A DNA stretch of 63,170 nucleotides, counting the filler, from Polymyxa betae A26-41 (Eukaryota > Protista > Endomyxa: Phytomyxea): assembly GCA_003693705.1 (NCBI GenBank). It is 5 parts of 5 records of this genome, joined end to end, with 100 filler letters (N's around TTAATTAATTAA, not from the genome) between each part and the next. Parts side by side here need not be neighbours in the genome. Positions count along the whole stretch, not along the records: positions 1 to 13,198 come from RBZT01000615.1; 4 more parts are not named here. One strand, 5' to 3'. Each line of letters begins with the position of its first letter. The stretch's first letter is position 1. Both the position numbers and the translations under genes were made by a program. Positions 1-11,190 of the stretch are shown piece after piece. The notes beneath the pieces were generated by a model. It was not told where the DNA came from. It made no database searches and worked only from the letters and a program-made list of their open reading frames with translations.

Positions 1-362
1 TGCGTTACTTTGGAACAATGAGGCTGCATTCACCGGCCTCTAATTCTCAGCAATGGTCGCTTGAAATGGTTCCTGGATTTTTTTTTTTTTAATGAAAATT
101 CTGTTAAAAACTGTTCAATGATTCTTCCCCATTAATGTTGAAATCTCAATACTGCGTCACTGTTTACACATTCGATTTCGTTACGATATACGTTCACAGG
201 CCCAAATTTGACGATTCGCTTTTTCGTCTTCTCAGAGGCGTGCTTTACAGTCACGGCTGAGTCGTCAACGGCTGGGAATCTTGCGATGCTACCTGTCGTC
301 ACGAGTTTCGATATCATAAAATGGCAAAGGGTCTGTTTGTGGCTTCCAGTACCAAGGACCTG

Positions 363-378
363 TTAGGGTTTAGGGTTT
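363..378 (+). repeat. Interstitial telomere-like tract
   Basis: TTAGGGTTTAGGGTTT. Confidence 0.8.
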
Positions 379-784
379 CACAGTCAATTTTGGTTGAATG
401 AGCGGCCAAGCGCCTGATAAGTCCAACAGCCGAACGAATGAAGTTTTTCATGTAGTCTATCAATACCATATATCCCTCTTGGGCCTTAGTAAACCACCCC
501 TAAATCGATGTGTGAAAGAGCTGCTCATACTGCAAGCTTTCGGTGATTTCATGGCAGAAAGTGATTTTGGCTTGCCCCAAACAAACCATGGTTGCTGTCA
601 CCTCCCGAAAACAGGGACAGAACAAGAATCTACATCTGATAGTGTTAGACGGTTGCAGCCTACCGGACTCATCTCACACAAAGCAATCACATGCTGGATT
701 CTTAAAATCCGGAGTATAGTTCTCGAAGTCCTTACGTCGAAGCTCCGACTTGATCTCCTCTCCCTATCTTACTGATATCAGTCA

Positions 785-871
785 GCCCGCGTAGCTCAAT
801 CGGTAGAGCGTGGGACTCTTACAGATGTAGGGTTCATCCCAAGGCTGCGGGTTCGAGCCCCGCCGTGGGCT
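785..871 (+). tRNA. tRNA-Lys(CTT) with 14-nt intron (822-835)
   Basis: Acceptor GCCCGCG/CGTGGGC, D arm GCTCAATCGGTAGAGC, anticodon stem TGGGA/TCCCA with CTT at 818-820, intron after position 37, T loop GTTCGAG; 73 nt after splicing; T5 run at 875-879. Confidence 0.95.
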
Positions 872-2063
872 TAGTTTTTGGCATTCGTCCATTCTATCGA
901 TCTTCAGTGCGATAGAGCTGCAAACAGGAGCCGCTTTTTTGCTGATCTGAGGACCTCTTTGTGTCGTCTGTCGACGAATGATAAGAAGAGGCGAATCCAT
1001 CAGCCCGAGCTCCGGTGACCATTGCTCTGTTAGGTGCTGATTTTTCTTGGAGCGTGTTTTGAATCTAGCTTTTCAAGTCTGTTTAATTTACTTTGCGTTT
1101 ATTTTATTGATTGTTTTCATACATAGAGAGGCTATGCTACATCAAATCCATATCGCGTTCGATTCCAAGGCCTGAGTCGTCTTCATCATATCATGTACCA
1201 TATTGCATCTTTTTGGAGCCGGTTTTCTATTCCAGGTCTCCAATTCTTTGCTATTTTCATTACTTATATCTTACTAATTGTTCTCATGTAGAGATCCGCT
1301 ATGCTTCAGTTAACAGCTGTCGAGTTCGAGCCCATGGTCGGCGCTGGCGTCGTTGTATCAGGTATCATAGTGGCTGCTTGGTTAGAGCCGGAATATTTTC
1401 AAGTTTTCTACTTCTCTATTTATTCGACTGATATTTTACTGATTTCTTGCATTTGAAGAGGCGGTGAATAATTTGTCAGAAATGCTCTGAATAAATCCGT
1501 ATTATGAAATCGTAACGAAGAAAAAGTTGGGCAGTTCAGGCTTCTGGGTTTGGCATCAAATAAGCCAATTCGTATTGACCTCTGTATTGACCTCTGCAGC
1601 GGCAGCGCTCGATCGGCGATCAGGTGTTGGTCGCAATCCTCGCCCCAATCTTGACTGCCTTCTGTTTTATGTACGCGAGCAGCATTGAACTTTTTCAACA
1701 TTCAATGCGAAAGCTTATAGTAGAGTCCATTGAAATCGCCTTATCTGAGCTCATCAAATACACCACTGCTTTACTGTTCCCGAATGATACATCAGCAACA
1801 GCATTCATTCAACCTGATGGTCATTGTCGGTTTATGAACTCAATCTGAACATCAATACAGCAGCGTTTCGTCTAATCGACGGCTTTGTTTCACCAGGTAG
1901 CTCGTCGCAGGAAGGAGACTATCAAACCGCCCTTTGTAAATCCGAAAACCAAAAAACCTGCTGAAAATCAGATAAACCAAATATTCCGAACTTTTTCATT
2001 CAAAAGCATGCCAGGTGCCAAGATGCCGAACAACTTCATCATGTCTGATCAGAAAGTTCATTC

Positions 2064-2085
2064 TAGGGTTTAGGGTTAGGGTTTT
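2064..2085 (+). repeat. Interstitial telomere-like tract upstream of the CRT10-like ATG
   Basis: TAGGGTTTAGGGTTAGGGTTTT. Confidence 0.85.
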
Positions 2086-2139
2086 CCGCCCGGAGACCCT
2101 TCCGTTCCATGATTTCATTCAGTTTTCGCGAACGACATT

Positions 2140-4571
2140 ATGAGCGCCACTGCTGGCGGCCTCTACGAAGGCCGGCAGAACGCCCACGCCCGACCTTCGG
2201 TCAACATCAGAAACCGATGGCTGTCGGAATCGTTCGTGGATTCCGGTCTGCCATTTCGAGGCCAGGACTCTTACGTCATGAACATGATGGCTTATTTGCA
2301 TACAGCATCTGTTCTCGTCTTCGCTATCACTGATACAGGTCATACTGTCCCATTTTCGCTCGAATATCGTCTCTATGCTTTCGTTTCGTTCAACATTTTC
2401 AGTTTTAAGCTCTGAAAATCTGGGAATCGTCACTCTATTCCTGGTTTTCGTGCCATCTCATTCGTTTGAAGCTTTCTGCTCGAGTTATTTCATCTGCTGT
2501 CATTTTTGGCTATTTTCGTGGTCTTCGTTGCATTTTTGTCTTCTCAGTGTGGCCAAGACTACTTTCTTAATAGTATTGTCTAGTTTATTGGCTGAGACTA
2601 CCGGATCCTGAGCTCCATGAGCAATTAGAGATGCCGATCAGCTCGCTGAACTACCGCCATCTCTACCCATTGATCACCTACCTTCGACGCGGCTTCAACA
2701 AGCATCTGGGAGGCGAACTTCTCATGGTCTCTTTGAAATCTGGATTCGTCCATCTGTTCCTGTATCGGAACGATTATCTTTCGGAAATTGCCAGAATACG
2801 GTATAGTCAACGTTGGCCTTTTTTGATTTTTTTTTGGATTTCCTGTCTGTTCGGCTCGCTGATCGACTTCTTCCACTGATTTGATATATTGCAGTAATTC
2901 TGGATCGGGAGACGATATCAGTATATGGTCGTTGGCTCTTCTACGATCTCGTCCCATACTTGCTACCTCATCTAATACAATGCTGTACTGCCGTATCTCC
3001 TTCCTAGATGATGGTCTCATTGTTATGCCAGAATCGAGCTGGTTGATCTTACCGAACTAAGCGAGCCTAGATCGCTTGGCTTTCTATCCGGTATCGTCGT
3101 ATTGATTTCTATGGCTTTTGTTCGGCTTTTGTTTGAATGTTTCAGAATCCAACGAAACTTTTTAAATGAGATTCTCTCGTTCTCTGTTCAGCCTCTCGCA
3201 TGTGTTTTCTAATCAAGCAATAAAGGTCATGTACACAATATTCCTTCCATCGACATATCCCATGATGATCAGCTGCTAATATCAGCCTCTATTGATGGTA
3301 CTGCTCGAATCTGGCACATTGCTTCACAAACATTACTCTACACGTGACTTCTCTCCTTTCAAGCAGTGCTTTCTGCATCTGACGTTATTGTAGGAACGTG
3401 CTCGAAGGACCTGATGTATGGGGATGGGCGACCATGTTCTTCCCCATCGAATACGTATCGGACGCCTCGCTTTACGATTCCGAATACCAGCAACGAATTG
3501 CACTGATAGAAGCTCCGACTTCTGATGTAAGCAAGACGCTGTTCTGATCATTTAATCGGTTTTCTTGTTTCCCATTTCCAGTTGTTCTTAGATTCTGTAT
3601 TCTGGTGCTGTTTCTGCTTAATTCCTGGGGCTTTGCTAATGCTTTTTAGGAGCCGATAAGATCACCCATCGATGTTCTAACAATGCCTCTTCCAGCCGGT
3701 ATCTGGCCGCTACTGCATGGATCGCGATCCTCCATCACATCGCGCTGCCTCGAAGCTGGATATGCTGAATCTGTGTCTCTGAATCGGCATCTGGGCGTTT
3801 TCTGCAACCAGATGCATCTGTTCCTCTGTAATTCAAGGATGCATATTTTAGGTATTTTAACCTCTTTTCCTTTCTATCGGCTCTTCAAAGCCGCTCCATT
3901 TTTCGAGTAAACCCAAACCTTGCAAAACTTACATTTAAGTCTTCAGTTTGTTTTTTTTTCAGTTTTTTGCTTGCAATGCTTTGCTGCTCCTTATTCTATG
4001 TTTTGTGCCCTTTAGCTTCGATTTCACCTTATCAGTTCTTAACGTTGAATGTTGCTGTAATTAGACTATTATTATATCTGTTCTGATGACTGTCGTCGTC
4101 ATTCGACGTTTCTTTTTCCTGGGCTCCGATGCCGAGTCATTCTGCTCCGTTCGATTCCCGAACTCTCTCTCATCCTTTTTTGCTGCTCGCGCTCAACCCG
4201 TCTGACAATGCTACGCGTCGTTCAGCTGAAATCCTACTACCGGCTCCAGTTTGCAGGATTCCTGCCTACACTGCCTCAAGCCTCCTGCTCTATAATCGGT
4301 AATATCGTTTATTGCTTTTCTCTTTGTTTCTCTGGCATCAAATACGCGCGTTGCCGTTTCTGTACTTTTAATCCTCTTCTCTGATCTTATTGCCCGTGTT
4401 TTGGTTCGTTTAGGCTTGGACATTACATACGGTCCTCGAACAACAACCGAGTGTGATCACGAAGATTTCTGGAATATCCACATGCTGTATGCAAATGGTA
4501 CTCTGTCCTGTGTTGAGATCCAGCGAGATTTGCAAACACGAAGCTTGGACCTGCTTCCGGTCTTGATCTAA
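2140..4571 (+). CDS. Multi-exon CRT10-like WD40-repeat protein
   Basis: Exon translations in order: ITYLRRGF..GGELLMVSLKSGFVHLF (~2670-2760), DISIWSLALLRSRPILATSSN (~2915-2980), GHVHNIPSIDISHDDQLLISASIDGTARIW (~3225-3315), VWGW (~3420), SIPELSLI (~4150), last exon GLDITYGP..WNIHMLYANGTLSCVEIQR ending TAA 4569-4571. The motif order resembles the CRT10 family as I recall it; internal exon borders are only partly resolved. Confidence 0.7.
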
Positions 4572-4733
4572 CGCTTATTATCGCATTAGATTTTCATTTA
4601 TTAATCGTTCTTTTTAATTCGTAAAGAAAACATGTTGCAAATGTCGTAATGGTGGAATGTCGTCAACTTTTTTGAGCTTTCAGAAAGTGCACAAACTTTG
4701 AATTTTCAAAAAGCAGCAAAGCCAAAAAGCATT

Positions 4734-4805
4734 AGGAGCCACTGGGATTTGAACCCAGGACCTGAGGATCTGCAATCCTCCGCTCTACCGCTGAGCTATA
4801 ACTCC
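4734..4805 (-). tRNA. tRNA-Cys(GCA)
   Basis: Reverse complement GGAGTTATAGCTCAGCGGTAGAGCGGAGGATTGCAGATCCTCAGGTCCTGGGTTCAAATCCCAGTGGCTCCT: 72 nt, GCA anticodon, U discriminator, T5 downstream. Confidence 0.95.
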
Positions 4806-5193
4806 TCAACTGTGTTCTCAACATCTGTCCGATATGTAGTGGTGCGTGCTGTGCTCGAACCTGTTGGGCATTTTTATATACCTCTCCTACTAGCATACTC
4901 TGAATACTGAAGTTCATTGTCTCAGATATGAGCTCTGTTGTTCGCATTTCCTTTTAGAGTACAGTCCCGTGGTATATTTACAGTTGAAGTTTTGTTCTTC
5001 ATAATTCCTTTGTTTACACAATTTTGGAATCTACAGCATTTTAATTCACATGCTTAAAGTCCTAATCCCTTGCTATGAAATGGGATCCAAAATCACTTCA
5101 TTTTATGATGAGCAGAATGGCTGAGATTGGCCTTCGATCTTCTAAAAAAAGTGACCAGTTTTATAATGGAGTCGAAACCCTAAACGCCCACAA

Positions 5194-6477
5194 TCAATAA
5201 GATGATTTCGCGCGTTTTGCTGGAGGCGATTCCGAGCTTCTATTGGCAATATCTCTGAGCATTCCTTGTACGACCTGGATGTATTTCAACATTTTGCCAG
5301 ATGCGTATTGCAGTGGCGTCTTCTGGCTTCGATCTTTCAAATTAGGATCGACTTTCGGGCAGCATAATAACGTATCGATGATAGAGCGCGGGGCATTCGC
5401 CTTCACGGCCTCGTGCAGTATCGTGGTCCGTCCATTCAGATAATCTTTCTGCGTGATGACCCAGTTCAGGTTGATGCTGCGACACAAACGCCGAAACGTG
5501 TGCCAGTCACGCATCTGTAACGCCAGACACATGGTCAGGAAGATCGGGTCGCAAAACGACTCCGCGAAACGCTCCTGGAAGTCCCACAGTTCGCAGAACG
5601 GCGCGACCAGCTGATAACGGCGCTCGACGAGGTCGTGCTGGACCCCGCCGAGGTAGCTTCCCCACCGAGTGAGATACGGAACGATGTCACGGAGTTCATC
5701 GACTGAAACTGGGACCTTTGATAGGTATGTCTGGTATTCGAATCGGACTCCGATCCGGACGAGGGCAGCCAGTACGGCCGGCTGACGCAGGAGTGCGAGC
5801 GTGCCGGACTCGGCGAGTTTGTCGATGAGGAACTCCGTGACCCAGTTGCTCGAACTGAAACACGATTCCGACAGGCGCAGAACATCGGCGGAATACAGCG
5901 CCAGGGTCGGGTACGTCTGCACTGGGTTCGAATACCGGCGGACATTGCCGGTCGCCAGGAACTCCGCCAGGAGTCCGCCGATCGGGTCGGCGATCTCCAC
6001 CTGGACGAGGCCGACGGTCTGCGGAATCCCGAATACCGTGTGCAACGATTCCAGTGTCCGATTGCGACGCAGACTATGGAAATGATGCAGAGCGACGCCC
6101 GGGGCCAGTACGCCGAACAAGTCCAGGTGAAAGACGTCGATCAGGACGCGGATCTCGGCCGGGTAACAGCACTCGGTCAGTATGCGGTCTATGAGGCGGA
6201 GCACGCTGCGGGCGTTGACATGAGCGCGGACCTCGTCGTACAGGAACGGGTTCGTGGGGGCCTGCACGGCCAGTTGACGGGCGGGATGTGACATGAACCG
6301 GGCTGCGAGATAATAATCGGGACTGAAAAGAGCCCGAATATAGAACGGCAGTTGAAATCCGCGATAATATTTCTGAGAGATGAGCATGAGACGGGAGAGT
6401 GTCACCGTCGTCGAATGAAGAGAGATTTCATACAGCAGCTCATCAGGTAACGTGGGAGTGGTCGTACTGGACGCCAT
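5194..6477 (-). CDS. Single-exon protein with F-box-like N-terminus, C-terminal ankyrin repeats and NLS-like tail
   Basis: ATG at 6477; LPDELLYEISLH..LSRLMLISQKY (F-box-like); GRTTILHEAVKAN..IIDTLL..PKVDPNLKDRSQKTPLQYA (ankyrin); PPAKRAK. The central part aligns with ORF 30110-31117. Confidence 0.8.
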   Translation of the reverse strand: MASSTTTPTLPDELLYEISLHSTTVTLSRLMLISQKYYRGFQLPFYIRALFSPDYYLAARFMSHPARQLAVQAPTNPFLYDEVRAHVNARSVLRLIDRILTECCYPAEIRVLIDVFHLDLFGVLAPGVALHHFHSLRRNRTLESLHTVFGIPQTVGLVQVEIADPIGGLLAEFLATGNVRRYSNPVQTYPTLALYSADVLRLSESCFSSSNWVTEFLIDKLAESGTLALLRQPAVLAALVRIGVRFEYQTYLSKVPVSVDELRDIVPYLTRWGSYLGGVQHDLVERRYQLVAPFCELWDFQERFAESFCDPIFLTMCLALQMRDWHTFRRLCRSINLNWVITQKDYLNGRTTILHEAVKANAPRSIIDTLLCCPKVDPNLKDRSQKTPLQYASGKMLKYIQVVQGMLRDIANRSSESPPAKRAKSSY

Positions 6478-7464
6478 GGGACGCGAGACCAAGAGCCGCT
6501 CAGTTCGGCACTATAGATGAACTTTGGTGAACATCAAACATGATCCCTCCGAACGCATCTTCTGCTTCATCAATTGCATAAATGTTGCGTCCGCATCATT
6601 GCGGGAGCTCCATATCTACCCATCTGGGAGGGTAATGTCCCAACTATTCAATCCTTTGTCTTGGTAATATCCAGCTCTAAATTGTCTGTTATCTCTTCAG
6701 ATTTGATAACAGGGTAACAGAATAACAGTCATTTTAAAATGAACTGTCATGTGACGTGGCTCAACAGAAAAAAATTCAGAGACGATGCGTCCAAAATTCG
6801 TGGATTTACGCAATGTTGGATGATTTCCAAAATGCAGAAACCCTGCTGGAAAAGTTGCTGTCCCGAACCCAGGTCTCGATGTGTGATCACTCTGATTTAC
6901 CGAAAATCGTTCATGGAAGTTCTCAACAACCTCACAAATGCAAATGCTATAGCAAATTTCTCTGATGGATCGGCACTTGGAGCAGCGGACGTTGCTCTGG
7001 TTGCTGTGGAGAACAGCGTGCCGTCATACTGGCCCTCTCCACGGAATCACCCAATCACAGGCACGAGATTTCGGCCTCAGTCTACGATTTACTGAAAACC
7101 AGCTGGAAATCGCAAATAGAAATCAATAAATCACATTGCAGCGGTGATGGCGATCATGATACAGTATAGAAATGTTAATTAGTGTAGGGGTGATTTTTGA
7201 GGCATTGAATGGCAGGTGAACCTGTTAGGATACTTTCAAACGGTCAGCGTTTGGAGTATACAGCCTGAGGATCCGATTCGTTGCGGTTTCTGTCCGATAG
7301 AGGACTTCTTCGACCGCAGGTTCGATGTATTCTACGCTCGCACTAGTAGGTGATACAAAGAGTTGCGGACAGCAAAAATGAAATTTTATTCAACGATTCG
7401 GATCGATAGTCAATAAAGAATATATTTTTAGGTGCTCGATCTGAGCTGTAGAGATATTTGAACT

Positions 7465-8125
7465 TCAGCATAGATCGAGGACGTTGCAGTTTTTACGAAA
7501 GGCAATGAGAATCTTAATTTTGAGTTTTCTAAAGATGTAGAGATTGTTCACGTAGCTAATAAAATGTTTGAATTTAAAAGAGAACAAGTTTGGGTAAAAT
7601 GGAAGAATAAGTGGAATTTTCTTACATGCAATTTGGTTTATATTTTGACGAACCAGATGGCGATCTTTAATGTTGACCATATTAAAGATGGGAAGGAGAT
7701 AGTTAGAAGAGAAGCTACGAGCTAGTAGGCGCGAGTACAAGCGGCGGAACGGTTTGATACGGTCGGATAATAAAGAGGTTGTTGTGCAGAAACGAAGGAG
7801 TTCTCCTCAGATATAATCGCGAACAGTAGATGGGCTGTGACAGCTTGATCGTGGAAGATATTGATAGATGTTATGTGGTTTCTGGAATGTTTTGAATTTT
7901 AGACTGCGATCGTTTGCTTTAAAAATAACTAGATCGAGAAAATTGACTTCAGAATCCGAAAAGTCAAATTCTAATGTTAGGGTTTAGGGTTTGTCAATAA
8001 AGGAATTCACTTGTGATCGAATTGTGGAAGGAGATATAGATCTGATAACGATGACGAAAAATATGTCGTCGATGTATCGGCGGTAAAAGATGCAGAGTGG
8101 AGAGAAGGCGCGATCAATGTCGTCC
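7465..8125 (-). mobile_element. Penelope-like retroelement reverse transcriptase remnant (C-terminal half, no GIY-YIG seen)
   Basis: One frame through two stops: FYRRYIDDIFF..VNSFIDKP*TLTLEFDFSDSEVNFLDLVIFK..KTFQKPHNIYQYLPRSSCHS..YI*GELLRF..YSRLLARSFS..IPLILPFYP..ILIAFRKNCNVLDLC*. These are PLE-type RT motifs C-E plus thumb. Motifs A and B are absent upstream. Confidence 0.85.
7977..7992 (+). repeat. Telomere-like tract inside the PLE RT remnant
   Basis: TTAGGGTTTAGGGTTT; creates an in-frame TAA on the minus strand. Confidence 0.8.
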
Positions 8126-8129
8126 CACC

Positions 8130-9330
8130 TTGCGCGCCTGTCAATCCTCAGAAGCTACTCCAGACTATCCCTTTGCAGGGCTTCCTGCCCGAACATATTC
8201 TCGAGGCAGGACATGGTGAAAATCCGGCGATCGTGTGCGCTGGTAGAAAGTCTGAAAACCGGGTCGTCTCGACCAGATTCTGAAAGACATGAAAGACCTC
8301 TCTAGATAGAAAATATCTCTGTTGGGTCATTTGGCAGCACTATCTCGGATGAAGCCTCTTGAAAGTACGTTTCCTCCAACTTTGCGATTCTTCAACTGCT
8401 GGCATAGGGTGAGTCACAATAATGTATTCCAGCGCCTCGAGAATAAAGGAATATCGCTTTTTTACAGAAGATAAGCGATCGGCATGGGCAGTAGCTCTGA
8501 GTGAGGCGCTGGCCACTGAGGCCCATTTTGATTCTGCACGACCAGGCTGCGGAATCTCACTTCGTATAGATGCTGGAGGTAATGAGTAGAATTGTCAATC
8601 CCAATGCAGTGATGGTTAAAACACAGGGGGGAGGTCACAATGGTCAGCGGCCGGTCCCCGGGTTAAGAGAGAAAGACTCAGTTAGGGCACTGCAAAAGAG
8701 ACAGATGACACCGGGGCTGCGTCAGGCATACTTGTTATTGGGGAATATTCAGAAAGGCAGCAACGGCCTGGTACATTTGAAGAAATGATGACCTGGATGC
8801 GAGAAATGTCCTGCTGTGGTCTTACGAAATAGATAGATTTGTTGAAAGTGAAACTGTTTAAGGCTATAACGTAGGCGGGTACTTGATGTCATCGCCCTTG
8901 ATCATCAGGGACACTGACATCGCTAAGCCATCCCCCGCATTAAATCACGGTTTGGCCTTTAACTGGCTGAGAATTGATTTTGTCTGAAGAATATAAAACA
9001 ACGAGTCCGATTCCGTCTCCCTGAACGCTCTCGACTGCAATTTGAATATATGGAGGACGGGGCGTCCCGTCCTGACGTTTATCTGCTCCTACATGTCTAA
9101 CATTGAATATACGAGCAATTATATTATATGTTGCTTTCTGTGCTTTAGCTTGAACGTCGCCGAAGAATTTCGAGATATCATCCGGATTTGTAATCAACGG
9201 CTGTTTCGTCTCCAGATGTAAAGCCAAGGCCGCGACTGACAGAGTGGATGTAAGCTGATCAAGCGGGGCTGCGAGACCAGGTGTCAGGAATAGGCGGGCG
9301 AGGCAGGAGCTGGAAGAGATCGATGTTACG
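8130..9330 (-). pseudogene. Degraded ORF(s) upstream of the PLE RT, including an OB-fold-like segment (8940-9227)
   Basis: Interrupted minus-strand reading frames run into the RT frame; a TATTTAA box at 9378-9384 and a GC-rich block lie upstream. The fold call is pattern-based only. Confidence 0.3.
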
Positions 9331-9710
9331 TTTATAAGTTGAAACAGGTATTATTTCAATTGAATGCCCGGGCACACTTAAATAGCGACAGCGGCGCGGC
9401 GTAGGCGAACTTCGACGAAACGGTTACAGTGGGGCGTGGTGCGACGCTCCCGTGCGCGACGCTCCAGTCGTAATGTCACTTCGCCAGGGTTGCACCAGAC
9501 TTAACGAGAACTGCGCGCGGCCTGTATGAGGGTTGCGCCAACGAAGGCTGCGCTGACATGGCTCTGACACCAGGAGCCGCGAGCGAGAACGACGTGCAGG
9601 AAGAAATGTGTGTGCCAGGGGCAGGGAGCCCCGGGGCCGCCCGAGAAAGTGAGCCGGTTGGCAGATTGAGCGCGATAGCGATCCTCGGAGCCGCCAGTAC
9701 AGTGTTTACA

Positions 9711-9779
9711 GTATTTAGTGTTGATCAGAGTATTTTGTCCTCTTTGCGTACTGCAAAACATGTGATCCACACTAAATAC
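9711..9779. repeat. Inverted repeat / hairpin with 17-bp arms
   Basis: GTATTTAGTGTTGATCA (9711-9727) versus TGATCCACACTAAATAC (9763-9779): 16/17 complementary, 35-nt spacer. Confidence 0.8.
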
Positions 9780-10359
9780 GATCGTTGAAAATTTGTGTGG
9801 ACACCTCATATAGTGAAATTTCCCTAACGCACGTAGCATTTTATGTCGTAACTCTCTAAACATCTTAAATTCTGGTCGGGGATTACGTCTCCATCGAAAT
9901 AGGGATTGCACATGTGTGAATTGACGTCACGGCTTATGGTACATTGCGTCGGATGTTTTCTGATCATTGGACCTTCCTATTATGCATCCTGCTTATGCTA
10001 AAACGTTTACTTGCTAAATTTCCGTGCGTGAAAAGCATCAGAAATTTAACTTTAAACAGTATGGGCACTATATAGATTAATATGGAGCAATTCGACAATA
10101 AAGCAGATTTCCTAGATCTTTCAATACTTAAAGATCGAAAATATCAAGCTGTTTTAGGATATATTTAGGTGGATTATCTATTTTCAAATATACAGATGGA
10201 TTATCTGATAAATGTTTGCCATTTTGACAAATGTGATAATGGTCTTGCGTTATTGTGAGTCTCAATTTTTACCTGCCATTTTGGCGATTAGATGCCTGTG
10301 ATGCATAAACTTCGATCATCTTTGATAACAGTACAGGTAGAGAGGACGGCGTCTCCAGA

Positions 10360-11190
10360 CTCCATGAGCCTTGAACTGGATTAACTACGACCAGCATTTT
10401 GGAAGATTTTTCACCGGAGCCTCAATATGGGCATTGGTCCCTCCAGTGATCCGCACCACCATCGTCATGGACTCCCCATCAAATACAACGTCCGCGTATT
10501 TTTATTCTTTCCACCTCTAAACCCTAGGACTCGATCCTTATCCATGCTGATGACGTTATGCGTCTCAGCTATGTTCTTCACAAGGTTTTCGTCCAACTCT
10601 CCATTGCTGAATTGTTATCAACTGCCCTAAATGGAATGGAGCCTAAATCTCAAACTGAACTGTTTGGCAACTCATAACGAATAGGTATGAGATGATTTAT
10701 GTTTTGAAGGCTTCAGGAAATTCGCATCTCGGAGAGACAAGACTGTTGATAACCAGTCGTATAGCAAAAAAATGATTGGAGCTTCAGACACATTCTTTTA
10801 TCATTCTGCGGGATCCTCCATCAGGTCCTTTCGAAATTTGGTATTAGCCTGTTATTGCGCTTGTTGCAGCTCTATTCCTTTAAATCACAGCTTCGTTTCA
10901 GGCTCTCATTGTCCTCTTATAGGATAAAGATCTTCCTCTAGTATGATCTTCTCCTCGGCCGGACAGTCTTACCTCTGACTGGTCAATAATCTTAGCGAAT
11001 TCTTGGCGATTTGGTCCGTTTTTTTTTCGGCTTCAGATATTGTTTATCTTCCACTTTCTGCATTTTCATCAAATTTGTCCTCCGTTCTCGTTTGATCATT
11101 CTACTAATTTCAGCTCCTGTCAGATCTGCACAAGCGTTTCTCATAGCTGCATTCACAAGTTGCTGTTGTCGCTCTTTGGAACACCACAAG
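10360..11190 (-). mobile_element. Degraded pogo/Tc1-mariner (DDE_1) transposase
   Basis: With frameshifts: FHLGQL..GELDENLVKNIAETHNVISMDKDRVLGFRGG..YADVV.DGESMTMVVRITGGTNAHIEAP..FQNAGRS, matching DDE_1 transposases of the N.DETHF..TLGFRG..KYADVVSGGE.MTM type. The first catalytic Asp has been lost (AET). Confidence 0.75.

Noticed and set aside
828-834. TAGGGTT inside the tRNA-Lys intron
   Set aside because: A single 7-mer, better explained by intron pairing with the anticodon loop.
7140-7465. Hammerhead ribozyme near the PLE
   Set aside because: CTGAGGA is present on the + strand but lacks a correctly placed GAAA and stems; none found by eye on the minus strand.
10517-10527. Telo-box-like CTAAACCCTAG
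   Set aside because: It encodes the LGFR residues of the DDE_1 transposase remnant, so it is probably coincidental.
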